The notes below the pieces were generated by a model that saw only the letters and a list, made by a program, of their open reading frames with translations, was not told the DNA's origin and did not search any database. DNA of 64,000 nucleotides from a virus (taxonomy: Duplodnaviria > Caudoviricetes): IMG/VR virus record IMGVR_UViG_3300042268_000564; one strand, given 5' to 3'. Of this stretch, positions 9,000-19,443 are shown piece by piece. Both the position numbers and the translations under genes were made by a program. Position 1 is the stretch's first letter, and every line of letters begins with the position of its first letter.

Positions 9000-9875
9000 A
9001 TGATAAAAATAAATCCCGCAAAAGCGATTTTAATTCCTGTTGGCATGGATGACCAGATTGTCTCTGGCATTCAATTTGTTGTTGACCCGAACGGTAATAA
9101 TTTAACCGTTACACCGGGCAGGGTTCGTATAAATTCACTTTATATGGACATGGCGATAGCAATTGAAACCAATTTATCTGCGGCACCTACAGGTGTGAGT
9201 TTGATGGCATTAACACAGAGCCTGAATTTGACTTTTATTGATGATAACAATTTTTCAGACAAGTTGGTTATTGGTGTTATCGATAAAAAACCTTCACTCA
9301 CTCTTATAACGCCTGTAGTTTATACTGAGTCGTCTATTGGGACTCAGGTGCCGCCAAGCAGTATCGTTGATGTTTTTGACCCAAGCATTAGTGCTGACAT
9401 CCAAATAAGGATGTTGTTTGACGAATTGGCAATCAATAAGACAAAGGACGCTGACCTTAAATATGAAGAAATGCTTGAAGCACTTCCTGTTGAATACAAC
9501 GCCGTATTCAAAGAAACTTTTGCTAATACGGTAAATTTTGTTGACAACACATTGACTTACAATGCTTATACCAGAACGATGTCGTTGGGTATTATCCCAC
9601 CTTATCCTACAGATATGCGTGTTTTGACTGAGAAAGTTGTTCTCTCAAATTCAATCAGTAAAGCGTATATTTCAGTTGATAAAATCAATAATGACCAGAC
9701 TTGCAATATTCGTCTTTCTTTTGACAATGGTGCAACTTGGGTGCCTTATGTAGAAGAAGGTGAATATATGGCAGGTGCAGGTGCTGATTTCATGATTGAA
9801 ATTTCTATGCGAACTGCAAATAGAAATGTTACCCCACTCCTCCGTTCTTGGGCAGTATTTTATCAGCAACTTTAA
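9000..9875 (+). CDS. Putative virion structural (tail/baseplate) protein
   Basis: GGAGG RBS; LTVTPGRVRING N-terminus and LSFDNGATW...TPLLRSWAV C-terminal beta-sandwich pattern; tail-gene context. Confidence 0.6.
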   Translation: MIKINPAKAILIPVGMDDQIVSGIQFVVDPNGNNLTVTPGRVRINSLYMDMAIAIETNLSAAPTGVSLMALTQSLNLTFIDDNNFSDKLVIGVIDKKPSLTLITPVVYTESSIGTQVPPSSIVDVFDPSISADIQIRMLFDELAINKTKDADLKYEEMLEALPVEYNAVFKETFANTVNFVDNTLTYNAYTRTMSLGIIPPYPTDMRVLTEKVVLSNSISKAYISVDKINNDQTCNIRLSFDNGATWVPYVEEGEYMAGAGADFMIEISMRTANRNVTPLLRSWAVFYQQL

Positions 9876-9896
9876 TTGAAGGGACGGTGAAATGGC

Positions 9897-11480
9897 ATGG
9901 CTGACAGTTTTACGCTAAAGGATAGTTTAGCTACCAGAAAGTATGAGATTACAAATGTAGTCAGGATACTTCAACCGCTGACAGAGTCGTCGCTTGGCGT
10001 ATTGTTGTCTGTAGAAGACGCTCGTGCCATTTTAAGTGACAGGCTTGCTGCTTTGTCCGGTCAGGTTGATGTAAATACTCTTGATATTGCACAAATTACT
10101 GACAGGCTTTTGGAAGCAGTTAATGTACTTACAGGAAACAATTTTTCTATCGCCGATTTAAGGGATGGCACTCTTCCTGTGTCAGCAGTATTGGATGCGA
10201 TTCAATCTGTGACCAAAGACAAAAAGTTGGTTATCTATCCTCGTTTTGAACTTGGAAATATCGCTGGTCAAGCTACTGGCAGCATCATTTTAACACCTGA
10301 AGAATTGGCCAAATATGATTCTTTAAGTTGGGCTGATGAACAATATGGGGGGCTTGATGCCCCCTATAATGTCGCTATTCCAACATTGGCGTCATTGGCT
10401 TATTCAGATGAGACTGCTGTTGATTTGTTGTATGCAGACAAGACCCCTGTTTTTAATGATGACAATGACAGGTTGCTTGGTTTTGTTTCTGGATTTACTG
10501 GCGGGAATGTAATTAATATTACTTGGGGTAAAATGATTGCAGGGAGTTTTGTGCCAGAAGCTATCCCTGCATCAGTAACTGACGAGGTTACTGCCATTGT
10601 GCCGATGAAGACCAATTTGTCGGTTTTGCCAGTGACAAGCCTGTCTTTGACGAAGCTAGATAATTTTGGCGTTAATCAGCAAGATGAGCTTGAAAATGTT
10701 CAGTTGGTTTTGGCAAATAATGGTTTAACTACTTCGACAGAGCTTGGTGGGGTTTTGGGGCTTGCAAATGTTACGGTAACTGATTTTCTTTCTGCGACTG
10801 CTTCTGCATTATTCCCCACAGGGTTTAATAATGTTATTTCTGCTATTTCTGCGATTGTTGTTCAGTTGCAGAATATTTTGGCACAACAAGCATCAACGGA
10901 AGATGTTTGGCCGTATGTGGGGCAAGTAGAAGAAGATGCCTTGGTCAGTGCTGTGCATGGAATACTTATGTCGCTCACAGATAATTATACGGCTGCTCTT
11001 GTTGATTCGTTCAGGACAGATGAGAATCTTTATGTTGGTGCTGATAAAGCCGATGTAGATATAAAGAAGTCTGTCTTAAAGCATGGCGATGAAGGCATGT
11101 TAAAGACTTATTATTTGCAGCAAGTGAATGATGATGTTGCTGGCAAAACAAGTGTTATTTTTAAGATTCAGCTTTCAGAGCCAGAGGTTGGCAACCAAGA
11201 CTATGAAATAGGTGCCATTTTGGAGATTAAGGGGGGACGATATGGCACAGGAGTTTCATATAATCTAGTGCAATTTACTTCCCCTTTGCCGTCTCAGACT
11301 GAATTGCAGGAATTGGTAGAATATGACCTCACAGCATTGCCTCATAACCCTATGGGTGACACTCCATTAGACCCTATTGTTGACGTTGGCGAAACTATGT
11401 GGTTAAGGCTTGTTATTAAGATGGACTCTGCGGGTGTAGAATTTACTCCTATTATTAGAAATTATCAACTTTTTGTGTGA
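9897..11480 (+). CDS. Putative virion structural protein
   Basis: 527 aa acidic protein; its C-terminal TPIIRNYQL resembles the TPLLRSW end of the upstream gene; tail context. Confidence 0.55.
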   Translation: MADSFTLKDSLATRKYEITNVVRILQPLTESSLGVLLSVEDARAILSDRLAALSGQVDVNTLDIAQITDRLLEAVNVLTGNNFSIADLRDGTLPVSAVLDAIQSVTKDKKLVIYPRFELGNIAGQATGSIILTPEELAKYDSLSWADEQYGGLDAPYNVAIPTLASLAYSDETAVDLLYADKTPVFNDDNDRLLGFVSGFTGGNVINITWGKMIAGSFVPEAIPASVTDEVTAIVPMKTNLSVLPVTSLSLTKLDNFGVNQQDELENVQLVLANNGLTTSTELGGVLGLANVTVTDFLSATASALFPTGFNNVISAISAIVVQLQNILAQQASTEDVWPYVGQVEEDALVSAVHGILMSLTDNYTAALVDSFRTDENLYVGADKADVDIKKSVLKHGDEGMLKTYYLQQVNDDVAGKTSVIFKIQLSEPEVGNQDYEIGAILEIKGGRYGTGVSYNLVQFTSPLPSQTELQELVEYDLTALPHNPMGDTPLDPIVDVGETMWLRLVIKMDSAGVEFTPIIRNYQLFV

Positions 11481-11490
11481 GGGAACTGCG

Positions 11491-11955
11491 ATGTCGCCGA
11501 CTAAGAAAACAACAAGAGATGAAATAACAGCCCTTGTGGGTAAAATTTTACAGCAACATAATCAAGTTGAGCGCAATCGTATTTTAGAAATGTTACTTGA
11601 ACTCGATAGAGACAAGACGCAAGCTCGGCTCGAAATGGAAATTCTTAAAAATGAACTTAATCAGGCGATTCATAGTCTTGAGATGCGCAGGACGAGTCAG
11701 GTGGATGATAAACAAAAAGATTGTCAGGAAACGATGCGAGAGAGATTTGCCGTCATAGATAGTAATATAGAAAGGATGCGTCCTAACTATATCGCAGTAT
11801 TAGGGCTTTTATTTTCTGTGTTATTGCCTTTTTTGGGCTGGGTTTATTCCATTCAGGCGGCTGTATGGGAGACTAAGGTTTCTGTTGCGAGTGTACGACA
11901 AGAGGTTACAGAGATTAAAGATAAGGCAAGGCTGTTGAAAAAGGACGATAAATAA
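11491..11955 (+). CDS. Coiled-coil membrane protein with one C-proximal TM helix (holin/XhlA-like architecture)
   Basis: Charged heptad N-terminus, hydrophobic YIAVLGLLFSVLLPFLGWVYSI, basic C-terminus. Confidence 0.55.
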   Translation: MSPTKKTTRDEITALVGKILQQHNQVERNRILEMLLELDRDKTQARLEMEILKNELNQAIHSLEMRRTSQVDDKQKDCQETMRERFAVIDSNIERMRPNYIAVLGLLFSVLLPFLGWVYSIQAAVWETKVSVASVRQEVTEIKDKARLLKKDDK

Positions 11956-11969
11956 GCGGGTGATTTAAT

Positions 11970-12473
11970 ATGTGGAAGTTGTTTCAACATGATAAAAGAG
12001 AGCTTGACGACATGGGCTTTCGTTTCGCAAGACGAGTGCTTGCGGGGAAAAAGATTGTTATTGCTGACGACCACGGCAGCACTCTAAAGTGGCTTAAATA
12101 TACGCTTGAAGCATATTTTGCAGAAGTGTTTGTGTTTAAGCATGGGCAAGAAACGATTGACTTTCTCCAGAAAGCTAATAATGATAACGTGCCAGCAGAT
12201 GCGTTGATTTTAGATATTCACATGAACTCTATTGGTGGGTTGGAAATAGCGAGATTTAATTCAACTATGGCTCACCCTGCTTTTGCAATGTTTTTAACTG
12301 GTTGTAGGGAAGATAGTGAGGAGTATAAAAAGGCTGAAACAATGTCTGTCGTTTTACAAAAGCCTGTCGATATGGAAAAGATTCTGCAAGTGCTTTTGCA
12401 TGGCTTAGTCTCAGATTTTGATTTAGAGTATGAAGCATATGCAGAAGAACAAAAAAAAGCGTCTGTTGCCTAA
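11970..12473 (+). CDS. Single-domain response regulator (CheY-like receiver)
   Basis: IVIADDH acidic pocket, LILDIHM phospho-acceptor Asp, GGLE, FLTG and QKP motifs; no output domain. Confidence 0.9.
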   Translation: MWKLFQHDKRELDDMGFRFARRVLAGKKIVIADDHGSTLKWLKYTLEAYFAEVFVFKHGQETIDFLQKANNDNVPADALILDIHMNSIGGLEIARFNSTMAHPAFAMFLTGCREDSEEYKKAETMSVVLQKPVDMEKILQVLLHGLVSDFDLEYEAYAEEQKKASVA

Positions 12474-13617
12474 GCTAAAGGTGCAGAAAAACAAGAGTCA
12501 AAGAAAAGTGCCTGATGATATTTTAAGCCTGTTGTGCGATGGCTTCTCTCTTAATATTCTGATAGCAGAGCCAAATGGGAATATTTTGTATAAAAGTAAG
12601 CAGGTTGGGCAATTAGGATTTAAAGGCTCTTTATATCAAGATATAGACGAGTCGTGTGTTCCAGTTATTAGAGCTTGTATGGAGGGTTTGACTCACATGG
12701 ATGAGTGTGTGGGCAAGCTTAATTTAATGCTTGATGACGAACTTATAACACATGAGGCACAGTTTCTAAAACGAAATGGACTGGTTTATATTTTTCTCAA
12801 GCCAAAAGCTTTCAAAGAAGCTATTTCGTCAGAAACAATCCAAGAAAAGTTAGCGTCAATGATTCGTCTTTCTAATGGCATCGCCCATAATTTAAGAAGC
12901 CCGTTAATGACATTGATGAATATTGCAGATTACATGTCACTTTTTCTTAATAAGTGGCATGAGATGTATAATCATGACCATAAAAATTGTCCTTTTTTGA
13001 TTAAGCAGGCTGAGATGAATAGTATTTTGTTGCAAATGCAAGAGGATATGATGTCAAATATCGTAATGATGTCTGATATTATTAATTCTTTGAAAATCTA
13101 TGGCAAGACTGACCGTTTGAATGAATATCAGACGATTGATATTGTTGATTTGATTGGTAATGTTTCAAAGATGGTTGAATACAATGCTAAAGTAGAAGTA
13201 GAGATAAAAATTAAGTGCAACCTGAGAGGCAACAGGCAGTTGTATTGTATTCCCTCGGACATGCAGGTCGTATTTGTTAATTTATTTGAAAATGCGATAG
13301 ACCAAATTCAAACTAGCCGTAAAGATGGGATTATAGAGATAACGGTTACTCATCACAAAGATTCTATTCAGATAAAAATGCGAGATAATGGCGGGGGGAT
13401 TCCTAAAGACCTTTTAACTACGAACCAACTTTTTGAGCCTTTTGCCACGAAAAAGATTGGTGGCACAGGATTGGGACTTCACTCTTGTTTTAAAATTATT
13501 AAAGAGCATAGAGGTAATATTTACGCAAGAAATCATAAGGCAAAAATGGGCGCAGGTGCAGAATTTTTGATTGTATTGCCGATAGATTGGAGACGTCATA
13601 ATGATAGGGTTAGATAG
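12430..13617 (+). CDS. Soluble sensor histidine kinase (HisKA + HATPase_c) with a short PAS-like N-terminus
   Basis: H-box GIAHNLRSPL, N-box NLFENAIDQ, DNGGGIP, FEPFATKK, GGTGLGL; no obvious TM helix. Confidence 0.93.
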   Translation: MKHMQKNKKKRLLPKLKVQKNKSQRKVPDDILSLLCDGFSLNILIAEPNGNILYKSKQVGQLGFKGSLYQDIDESCVPVIRACMEGLTHMDECVGKLNLMLDDELITHEAQFLKRNGLVYIFLKPKAFKEAISSETIQEKLASMIRLSNGIAHNLRSPLMTLMNIADYMSLFLNKWHEMYNHDHKNCPFLIKQAEMNSILLQMQEDMMSNIVMMSDIINSLKIYGKTDRLNEYQTIDIVDLIGNVSKMVEYNAKVEVEIKIKCNLRGNRQLYCIPSDMQVVFVNLFENAIDQIQTSRKDGIIEITVTHHKDSIQIKMRDNGGGIPKDLLTTNQLFEPFATKKIGGTGLGLHSCFKIIKEHRGNIYARNHKAKMGAGAEFLIVLPIDWRRHNDRVR

Positions 13618-16600
13618 TGGACAACCGCTGGTTTTTGATTTTGTCACACAACAAGATTTGCCACAAGAAATAGGCAGGTTCCCGTCTTGCACGTCTCTTA
13701 ATGGTGAGTATTGTATTGTTGGTTATGGTGAAAATTTACCTCATGTTATCGCTCAAAATGCCGTTGGGGCTTGGGTGAATAATTATTATGAACAGACAGA
13801 CCATTCTACTTATACAGTTAAAGAGCAGTTACGCTTTAAGTGCAAGGGACGATTAAAGAGAGATAGTCTGGCGTCAATTGTGAAATGGCGAGTAAGATTG
13901 TTGAAGCAGGGGGTGCCTACGGGTATCTCAAAAGCTGGGGAATTTCAAGGACTTAACAGTGCGTCAAGTTTTGATATAAGCACTTATTTATGGTACCCGC
14001 AAACCTTTATTTTTAATAGTGTGAGATTGGATAATGGCGCGAATTATTCAGCGCAAATAAAATTTGAAGAATGGGTTGGGAGTTCTAAAATTGGCGAAAC
14101 GATTTGGTTTTCAACCGGGCACACAGTCAAGATAGCGATTAAAGCACCATCATTGTCTGTTGCATTAGGGCAGCCGATATATACGAATAATCCTACTTTA
14201 AGAGTCGAAGGAATTATTCACGGGAATTATCCTTATGTTGGCATGAGGAAAGACCTTGCATACGGCACGGGCGCTGCGGGGGCTGTTTTTTCTGCAAATG
14301 GTTCTGATTTGGATATAACCATCCCGACATCTGATAGAAAATATGGATTTGATATCAGCAGCTATGGAAACAAAAAGATGCGCATTGCTATAGCGGCAAA
14401 AGACGCTTATGGCAATGTTATGACACGTCCTGCAATAAGAGATGTTTGTTTTGATTTCGAGGCTCCTGCATTGTCATGGTCTGATGTAACACAAAGCGGG
14501 AGCGTCCTCACAGTAGAAGTAAAAGCAACAGATGTGTGGTCGGGCGTGGATGCGGCAACATGTGTGGCAAAGAATGTGTCTCATGGCGTTACGAAAGCGG
14601 CTACTTTTTTGGGACAAGATACTTATACTGTCGACATTCCTGTGATAGAAGGGCAGAACGTTATAACTTTTACTGCTGCCGACAGAGCAGGCAACTCAAG
14701 AACTATTGACAGGATTGTGCTGATAGACACTACAAAGCCCACAGTTGTTTGCAAAGAGGTCGTAGGAAAAGATAGCGCAAATGCCACGAAGACGTTGAGT
14801 TTTGTAGATGGGATGCGGGTATATGGCAATTCAATTACGGCGAGGTTTCTTGCTCAAGATGCAACTACGGGGCTGCAAGAAGTTATACTGGCACATAATG
14901 GTATGATTTATGGTTTTGATTATCAAGGTGAGCAGGCAGTTGTGTGCGAGCAAGTGTTTACTTTGATTGAGGGCAACAATGTAATTGCTTGGCAGGCAAC
15001 GGATAAACAAGGAAATGTAAATAATGGCGAGTCCGTTATAAGATATGCGCCATACAATGCAGGTGGTCCTGCCCTGACTGTTGTGTCACCAATTTTTAAC
15101 TCTTGGCAAACGAATGGTTGTTTGTGTGAAGGAACTGTGAATGATGCTGACGGCGTTGATGGTGTTAGGGTTGATGTGGCGTTAAATGACGGCGGCTTGC
15201 CTTATAAATCTTTTCTTACAACTGTAACGGGAAATTCTTGGTCTTGCGAGATGAATAATCTTGTCGATGGGACAGCTTATTTAACTATTGTTGCAAAGGA
15301 TTTAAAAGGTGTAGAGAATTCGTTGAAGCATAAAATAAGGGTTGATAATGTTTCGCCGGAGGTTACGGTTGTAGGAACTGTGCCATCAATGACAAATCAA
15401 AGTAATTTTTCTTTGAAAACGTATGCAGAGGAGCCAACTTCTTATCTTTCTAACTACAAATTGATTGTTAATGGGGTTGAAAAGGTGAATCATGTTTTTC
15501 AAGGAACCACTCAGTCGAACAAATTACAACCTCGAACAGATGTCGTAGCATTGAGCCAAGGTACAAATACGATTTCTGTTGTATATACCGATGCTACAGG
15601 GAATCAAGGACAAAAAGATTTTAGTATTGAACGAGTTAATCTAGCTGTAAATATTTCGGTTACGCCATCTGAAGGGACTCATATCTCTGAGCAGATGTTT
15701 GATTTTGTTGTGGCTGCTACAAGCCAAGAGCAGATTCAGCAGGTTCTCGTAGATTACTTGCCAAATAAGACCTCTGAACAGGCAAGAATAGACGGGGCTG
15801 GCTTTTATCGACTTGCGGCATCTACGATTAATTCAGTTTTGTGGCAAAATTCTTTTATGTTGAGTGCCGGTACGCCGTGTATAAATGTTGCAGGAAGTTA
15901 TGGCTCGCGAGTTTTGAGCGAACATTTTCCAGTTGCAAATTATACGATGAGGATAACTGCGGTTACTGCACTTGGGAATACTGAAGCTTTTTTTGGATAC
16001 ACAATGGATACAGCAGCAGATTTGCCAAGAGTAATTTCTATTACTCCGGCGGATGGCGCAAGTGGCGTATCGGCAAGCGTGCCAATAAAGATTGTATTTT
16101 CAAAGCCAATGAATACGACAGTTGCCTTACAGTTCATTTCTATTAATCCTCAACCACAAGGTGAATGGTATTGGTCTCAGGGGAATACAGTGGCGGAATT
16201 TATTCATACTCAGACATTTCAGAGCAATGTAGTTTACATCGAAGTAAATAGTGCCGCTAAGGATATTTACTCAAGGAATTTGGTGACAAGCTATTTTTCA
16301 AGTTTTTCTGTGAACCAACTTCCATTTGTAGAAAGTGTCTTGCCAAGTAATGGGGCGGGGTTGGATTCTGTGGTAGAGGTGAGATTTTCAACAAGGATGC
16401 TTTTAACATCGTTAGATTTTGTGGGCTTAAAGACAGTTAGCGGCGCATCTATTAATTGCGATTATTCTAATTTCGAGGATAATGGGAAAACAGTTTTAAG
16501 GCTTCGTCCGCAGGTTTTATTAACATATTCAACCAATTACATAGTGACCGTGCCAAGTTCTGTCACAAGCGTTTATGGACAGAATATCTCTGAACATCGG

Positions 16601-17239
16601 CATAGTTTTACAACAAGAATGGCAGGCAGTGTAACTGAGATGCAGGGGGCAACGGTTTTATTGCTGCCGGGGCTTAATGGTGTTTCTTTGCCGATGGAAA
16701 ATGCTGAGATTTATGATGAAAAAACATTGAGAAGTTATATTGATAAACAATTGGGGACAGGCAGCACTGGAACTATTTTCAGATATGACACACAATTAAA
16801 GAAGTGGACTGCAAAAATAGGGAATACATCTGGCAAAACATTTCTTTTTGGCGAGTCTGTTGTAGTGGCGATGAATATTGACACAGCAAAAACTGTGAGA
16901 TTTATTGGTTCTGCTCATCCAAATGGAAAAAATATTGTCATATCTGCTGGGTTGAATTGTATCAGCTTGCCAAGACAGGTTCAGGGATTGAATAGAGTCA
17001 AGGATATGGCAGCTCATATTGCAAGCCAGCTAGGGCTTAGTCAGTTGCCAGTATATTTAATTCGTAAAAAAGCTGGAAGCAGTAGCAAGATGGCAGTTGG
17101 CTATGCATACAGACTCCCTGTGACTCATGAGGGATTGTATTTGGAGACTGCTGATGAAGATATAAGAGGTGACGCTATTATTATTGTTTCGCCAAAATCT
17201 GGGTTTGTAAAGTTTAGTGGAGATTCATGGGAAAACTAA
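13601..17239 (+). CDS. Large multi-Ig-domain virion protein (tandem bacterial Ig-like domains, Big_5-like domains, two C-terminal GLNxxSLP repeats)
   Basis: Repeated D..P...A.D..SG...G.N...A.D..GN units; PADGASGV..IKIVFSKPM; LLPGLNGVSLP and ISAGLNCISLP. Confidence 0.75.
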   Translation: MIGLDSGQPLVFDFVTQQDLPQEIGRFPSCTSLNGEYCIVGYGENLPHVIAQNAVGAWVNNYYEQTDHSTYTVKEQLRFKCKGRLKRDSLASIVKWRVRLLKQGVPTGISKAGEFQGLNSASSFDISTYLWYPQTFIFNSVRLDNGANYSAQIKFEEWVGSSKIGETIWFSTGHTVKIAIKAPSLSVALGQPIYTNNPTLRVEGIIHGNYPYVGMRKDLAYGTGAAGAVFSANGSDLDITIPTSDRKYGFDISSYGNKKMRIAIAAKDAYGNVMTRPAIRDVCFDFEAPALSWSDVTQSGSVLTVEVKATDVWSGVDAATCVAKNVSHGVTKAATFLGQDTYTVDIPVIEGQNVITFTAADRAGNSRTIDRIVLIDTTKPTVVCKEVVGKDSANATKTLSFVDGMRVYGNSITARFLAQDATTGLQEVILAHNGMIYGFDYQGEQAVVCEQVFTLIEGNNVIAWQATDKQGNVNNGESVIRYAPYNAGGPALTVVSPIFNSWQTNGCLCEGTVNDADGVDGVRVDVALNDGGLPYKSFLTTVTGNSWSCEMNNLVDGTAYLTIVAKDLKGVENSLKHKIRVDNVSPEVTVVGTVPSMTNQSNFSLKTYAEEPTSYLSNYKLIVNGVEKVNHVFQGTTQSNKLQPRTDVVALSQGTNTISVVYTDATGNQGQKDFSIERVNLAVNISVTPSEGTHISEQMFDFVVAATSQEQIQQVLVDYLPNKTSEQARIDGAGFYRLAASTINSVLWQNSFMLSAGTPCINVAGSYGSRVLSEHFPVANYTMRITAVTALGNTEAFFGYTMDTAADLPRVISITPADGASGVSASVPIKIVFSKPMNTTVALQFISINPQPQGEWYWSQGNTVAEFIHTQTFQSNVVYIEVNSAAKDIYSRNLVTSYFSSFSVNQLPFVESVLPSNGAGLDSVVEVRFSTRMLLTSLDFVGLKTVSGASINCDYSNFEDNGKTVLRLRPQVLLTYSTNYIVTVPSSVTSVYGQNISEHRHSFTTRMAGSVTEMQGATVLLLPGLNGVSLPMENAEIYDEKTLRSYIDKQLGTGSTGTIFRYDTQLKKWTAKIGNTSGKTFLFGESVVVAMNIDTAKTVRFIGSAHPNGKNIVISAGLNCISLPRQVQGLNRVKDMAAHIASQLGLSQLPVYLIRKKAGSSSKMAVGYAYRLPVTHEGLYLETADEDIRGDAIIIVSPKSGFVKFSGDSWEN

Positions 17240-17249
17240 GGGGGATGGC

Positions 17250-18059
17250 ATGGCAACGTCAGTTAAAGATTTTGTAATACAAGGTTACGTATATCAGGGC
17301 GGAAGTAAGATTCTTAACGGGTTTGTTCGATTAAGAAATACTAATTTGCCAGATGTTATAACTGTTGCAAGGATTGGTGTAATGAATGATGGCACCAGTA
17401 ATCCGCCAGTTACGGATGGCATTTATGACGCATGGTGGTCGTCTCTTGGAAATCCGAGCGCGCCAGATGTCGCCAGAGTCGGCGACATTTTTGAGGTCTC
17501 TGTTTACGAACTTGATTCTGTCGCTGACATTAATCTTCCAGTGGAACTTTTAATGGAGCCAGTTGGCACTTTGGATGCCCCGATAATTCCTGCATTTAAT
17601 ATTTCAGCAGTTACTCAAGCCCATATTGACGCTGGCATGATGATTTATGATGTGTATGCTGCGGCGAATTCACTTCCTCAAGCTGTTACAATCGTGCCTG
17701 AAGATTTAGAAAATGGGTATAATTTGCGCTTTACAAATAATTCAACTGTCAAATGGGTGTGGACGATTCCGGCAGATAATGAGAACCAGCCCATTCATTT
17801 TAAAGTTGAATGGAGTAAAGACCCATCATTCCCGTCTACACCGGGAGTGGTTGGCGTTGCAACAACTTTGCCTACAGACCCTACAAGAACATTGTTTAAG
17901 TATGAATACAATCCTAATGTGTTTGGCGCATTTCCAAGCACGGGTGTTGAGAATCGGACTGGCTGGCGATGCATGTTGCAAATGAATTTGGGAAGCAGCT
18001 TGTCAAATGATGGGGAATATTATTGGCGAGTAAGTGCTACCGATGGCACAACTACTTGA
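17250..18059 (+). CDS. Structural protein: N-terminal beta-sandwich plus a C-terminal Fn3/Ig-like domain ending at YYWRVSATDG
   Basis: N-domain is paralogous to 18638-18988; C-domain is paralogous to domains in 21136, 28244, 29925 and 30927. Confidence 0.6.
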   Translation: MATSVKDFVIQGYVYQGGSKILNGFVRLRNTNLPDVITVARIGVMNDGTSNPPVTDGIYDAWWSSLGNPSAPDVARVGDIFEVSVYELDSVADINLPVELLMEPVGTLDAPIIPAFNISAVTQAHIDAGMMIYDVYAAANSLPQAVTIVPEDLENGYNLRFTNNSTVKWVWTIPADNENQPIHFKVEWSKDPSFPSTPGVVGVATTLPTDPTRTLFKYEYNPNVFGAFPSTGVENRTGWRCMLQMNLGSSLSNDGEYYWRVSATDGTTT

Positions 18060-18092
18060 TAAAGTATTTAAAAAAGCGAAGGAGATTCTTGT

Positions 18093-18635
18093 ATGCCAGT
18101 AACAGGTCATAAAATTTATTGGAATACTGCGCCACAAATTAATGGTATGACGAATACAGCACATCCTGTTAATTCGGCATATAATTCGCCTATTGACATA
18201 TCATCGTTGCCGGGGTTTGACATAAATAATCCCAATTCAATTGTATTGCCGGGTGATTTTTGGGTAAATCAGTTTGCCTCTACAGGGATTTATGTTCGGA
18301 TAGGTGTTTTTGATGGAACTAGTTTAGCGGGGCTGTCCAGAGTGATGAAGATTAAACATTATGGGAAGATTTTTACGGGTGTTGGGCAATATTTCCCATT
18401 TTGTATGCCGCTTGATGATGGGAATGTCAAAACAGTTAAAGAAACATGTGTCACAATAAATAGTACGGGGGCTTTTTTCAAAACTAATGCAGGACAGTGG
18501 AAATATACGACGCCTGCATATTTGACAGTAGATGATTCTCCTATTATGGATGGGATGCGGGGTGCTTTATTCCTAAAGCCTGACGACGAGGGTGTTATTT
18601 CTTGGCTAGGAAAGCCTTGGCGAAAGGAGCCTTAA
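18093..18635 (+). CDS. Structural protein: N-terminally incomplete Fn3-like domain plus a small C-terminal domain
   Basis: GGAG RBS; starts at VTGHKIYW; GFDINNPNSIVL matches GFDPENPSITL in 20086; ends ISWLGKPW. Confidence 0.55.
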   Translation: MPVTGHKIYWNTAPQINGMTNTAHPVNSAYNSPIDISSLPGFDINNPNSIVLPGDFWVNQFASTGIYVRIGVFDGTSLAGLSRVMKIKHYGKIFTGVGQYFPFCMPLDDGNVKTVKETCVTINSTGAFFKTNAGQWKYTTPAYLTVDDSPIMDGMRGALFLKPDDEGVISWLGKPWRKEP

Positions 18636-18637
18636 TT

Positions 18638-18988
18638 ATGTTGCCATTATTTGGTTTTGAAGGAATGGTTTGGAAAGATGAGGCTCGCACAGTACCATTG
18701 GCGGGTGAATATTACATACGTTGTGTGAATAAGCGCAACAAAATGTGGGATGCAGACGCTCTAGGAATAGAGGACGGGGCTTTTGCTACTGAAGGGCATT
18801 TTAGCCTTTGCTTGGCAGATTTAAAAGGAAATGATGCCGTAAAAGCTGGCGATGAGATTGAATTTTTTATTTTTAAAAAGCCATACAATGAAGTGCGTTT
18901 ATGTAATCTTGGTAGTCACATTGTTACTGCGCAAGACATGAAGGTCGCTGGCGTGGCGATTGAATTTGTTGCAGGAGAAGAGTTATGA
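18638..18988 (+). CDS. Small beta-sandwich structural protein
   Basis: AAGGAG RBS; FEGMV..N..GHF..AVKAGDEIEF..VTAQDM aligns with IQGYV..N..GIY..ARVGDIFEV..VTQAHI of 17250. Confidence 0.55.
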   Translation: MLPLFGFEGMVWKDEARTVPLAGEYYIRCVNKRNKMWDADALGIEDGAFATEGHFSLCLADLKGNDAVKAGDEIEFFIFKKPYNEVRLCNLGSHIVTAQDMKVAGVAIEFVAGEEL

Positions 18989-19443
18989 CCGACCTGTATA
19001 AGCCAATTGTGAACGGAAAGATAGTCGGTGGCAGGAAGTTATTAATTCAAGCCATTGACAAAGAATTTTCTGAGAATTTGACTGGGAGTTATAGTGGCGA
19101 CAATACAGTTGACACTAGGCAATTTAAGGCTGTGATAGAGCAGGCTCGTGGTTCAGATGTTATTGCTGGTTGGATGTTGCAATCGCAACATTTATTACCT
19201 CAGTTGCCCGTAAATTCTGAGATATGGCTGTTGGCAGGAAAGGTTAATTATGTTGACATGACCTGCCGAGGGACTATCAAGAGGATGTCTAGCTTGGGCA
19301 GATTGTTGGGGCAGATGAATTTCAGGGCTGTTGTAGGTGAGGGTTCAATTTCTTTGGAAATTATAGGCTTGAGAGGTCAGATTATTTTTAATAAGCAGCC
19401 AGATGCCTATCAAAAGCCAGAATATAGGGTGGTAGAACCATGA
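18985..19443 (+). CDS. Hypothetical structural protein
   Basis: ATGA overlaps with both neighbours; the N-terminus resembles the first two strands of an Ig-like domain. Confidence 0.5.
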   Translation: MTDLYKPIVNGKIVGGRKLLIQAIDKEFSENLTGSYSGDNTVDTRQFKAVIEQARGSDVIAGWMLQSQHLLPQLPVNSEIWLLAGKVNYVDMTCRGTIKRMSSLGRLLGQMNFRAVVGEGSISLEIIGLRGQIIFNKQPDAYQKPEYRVVEP

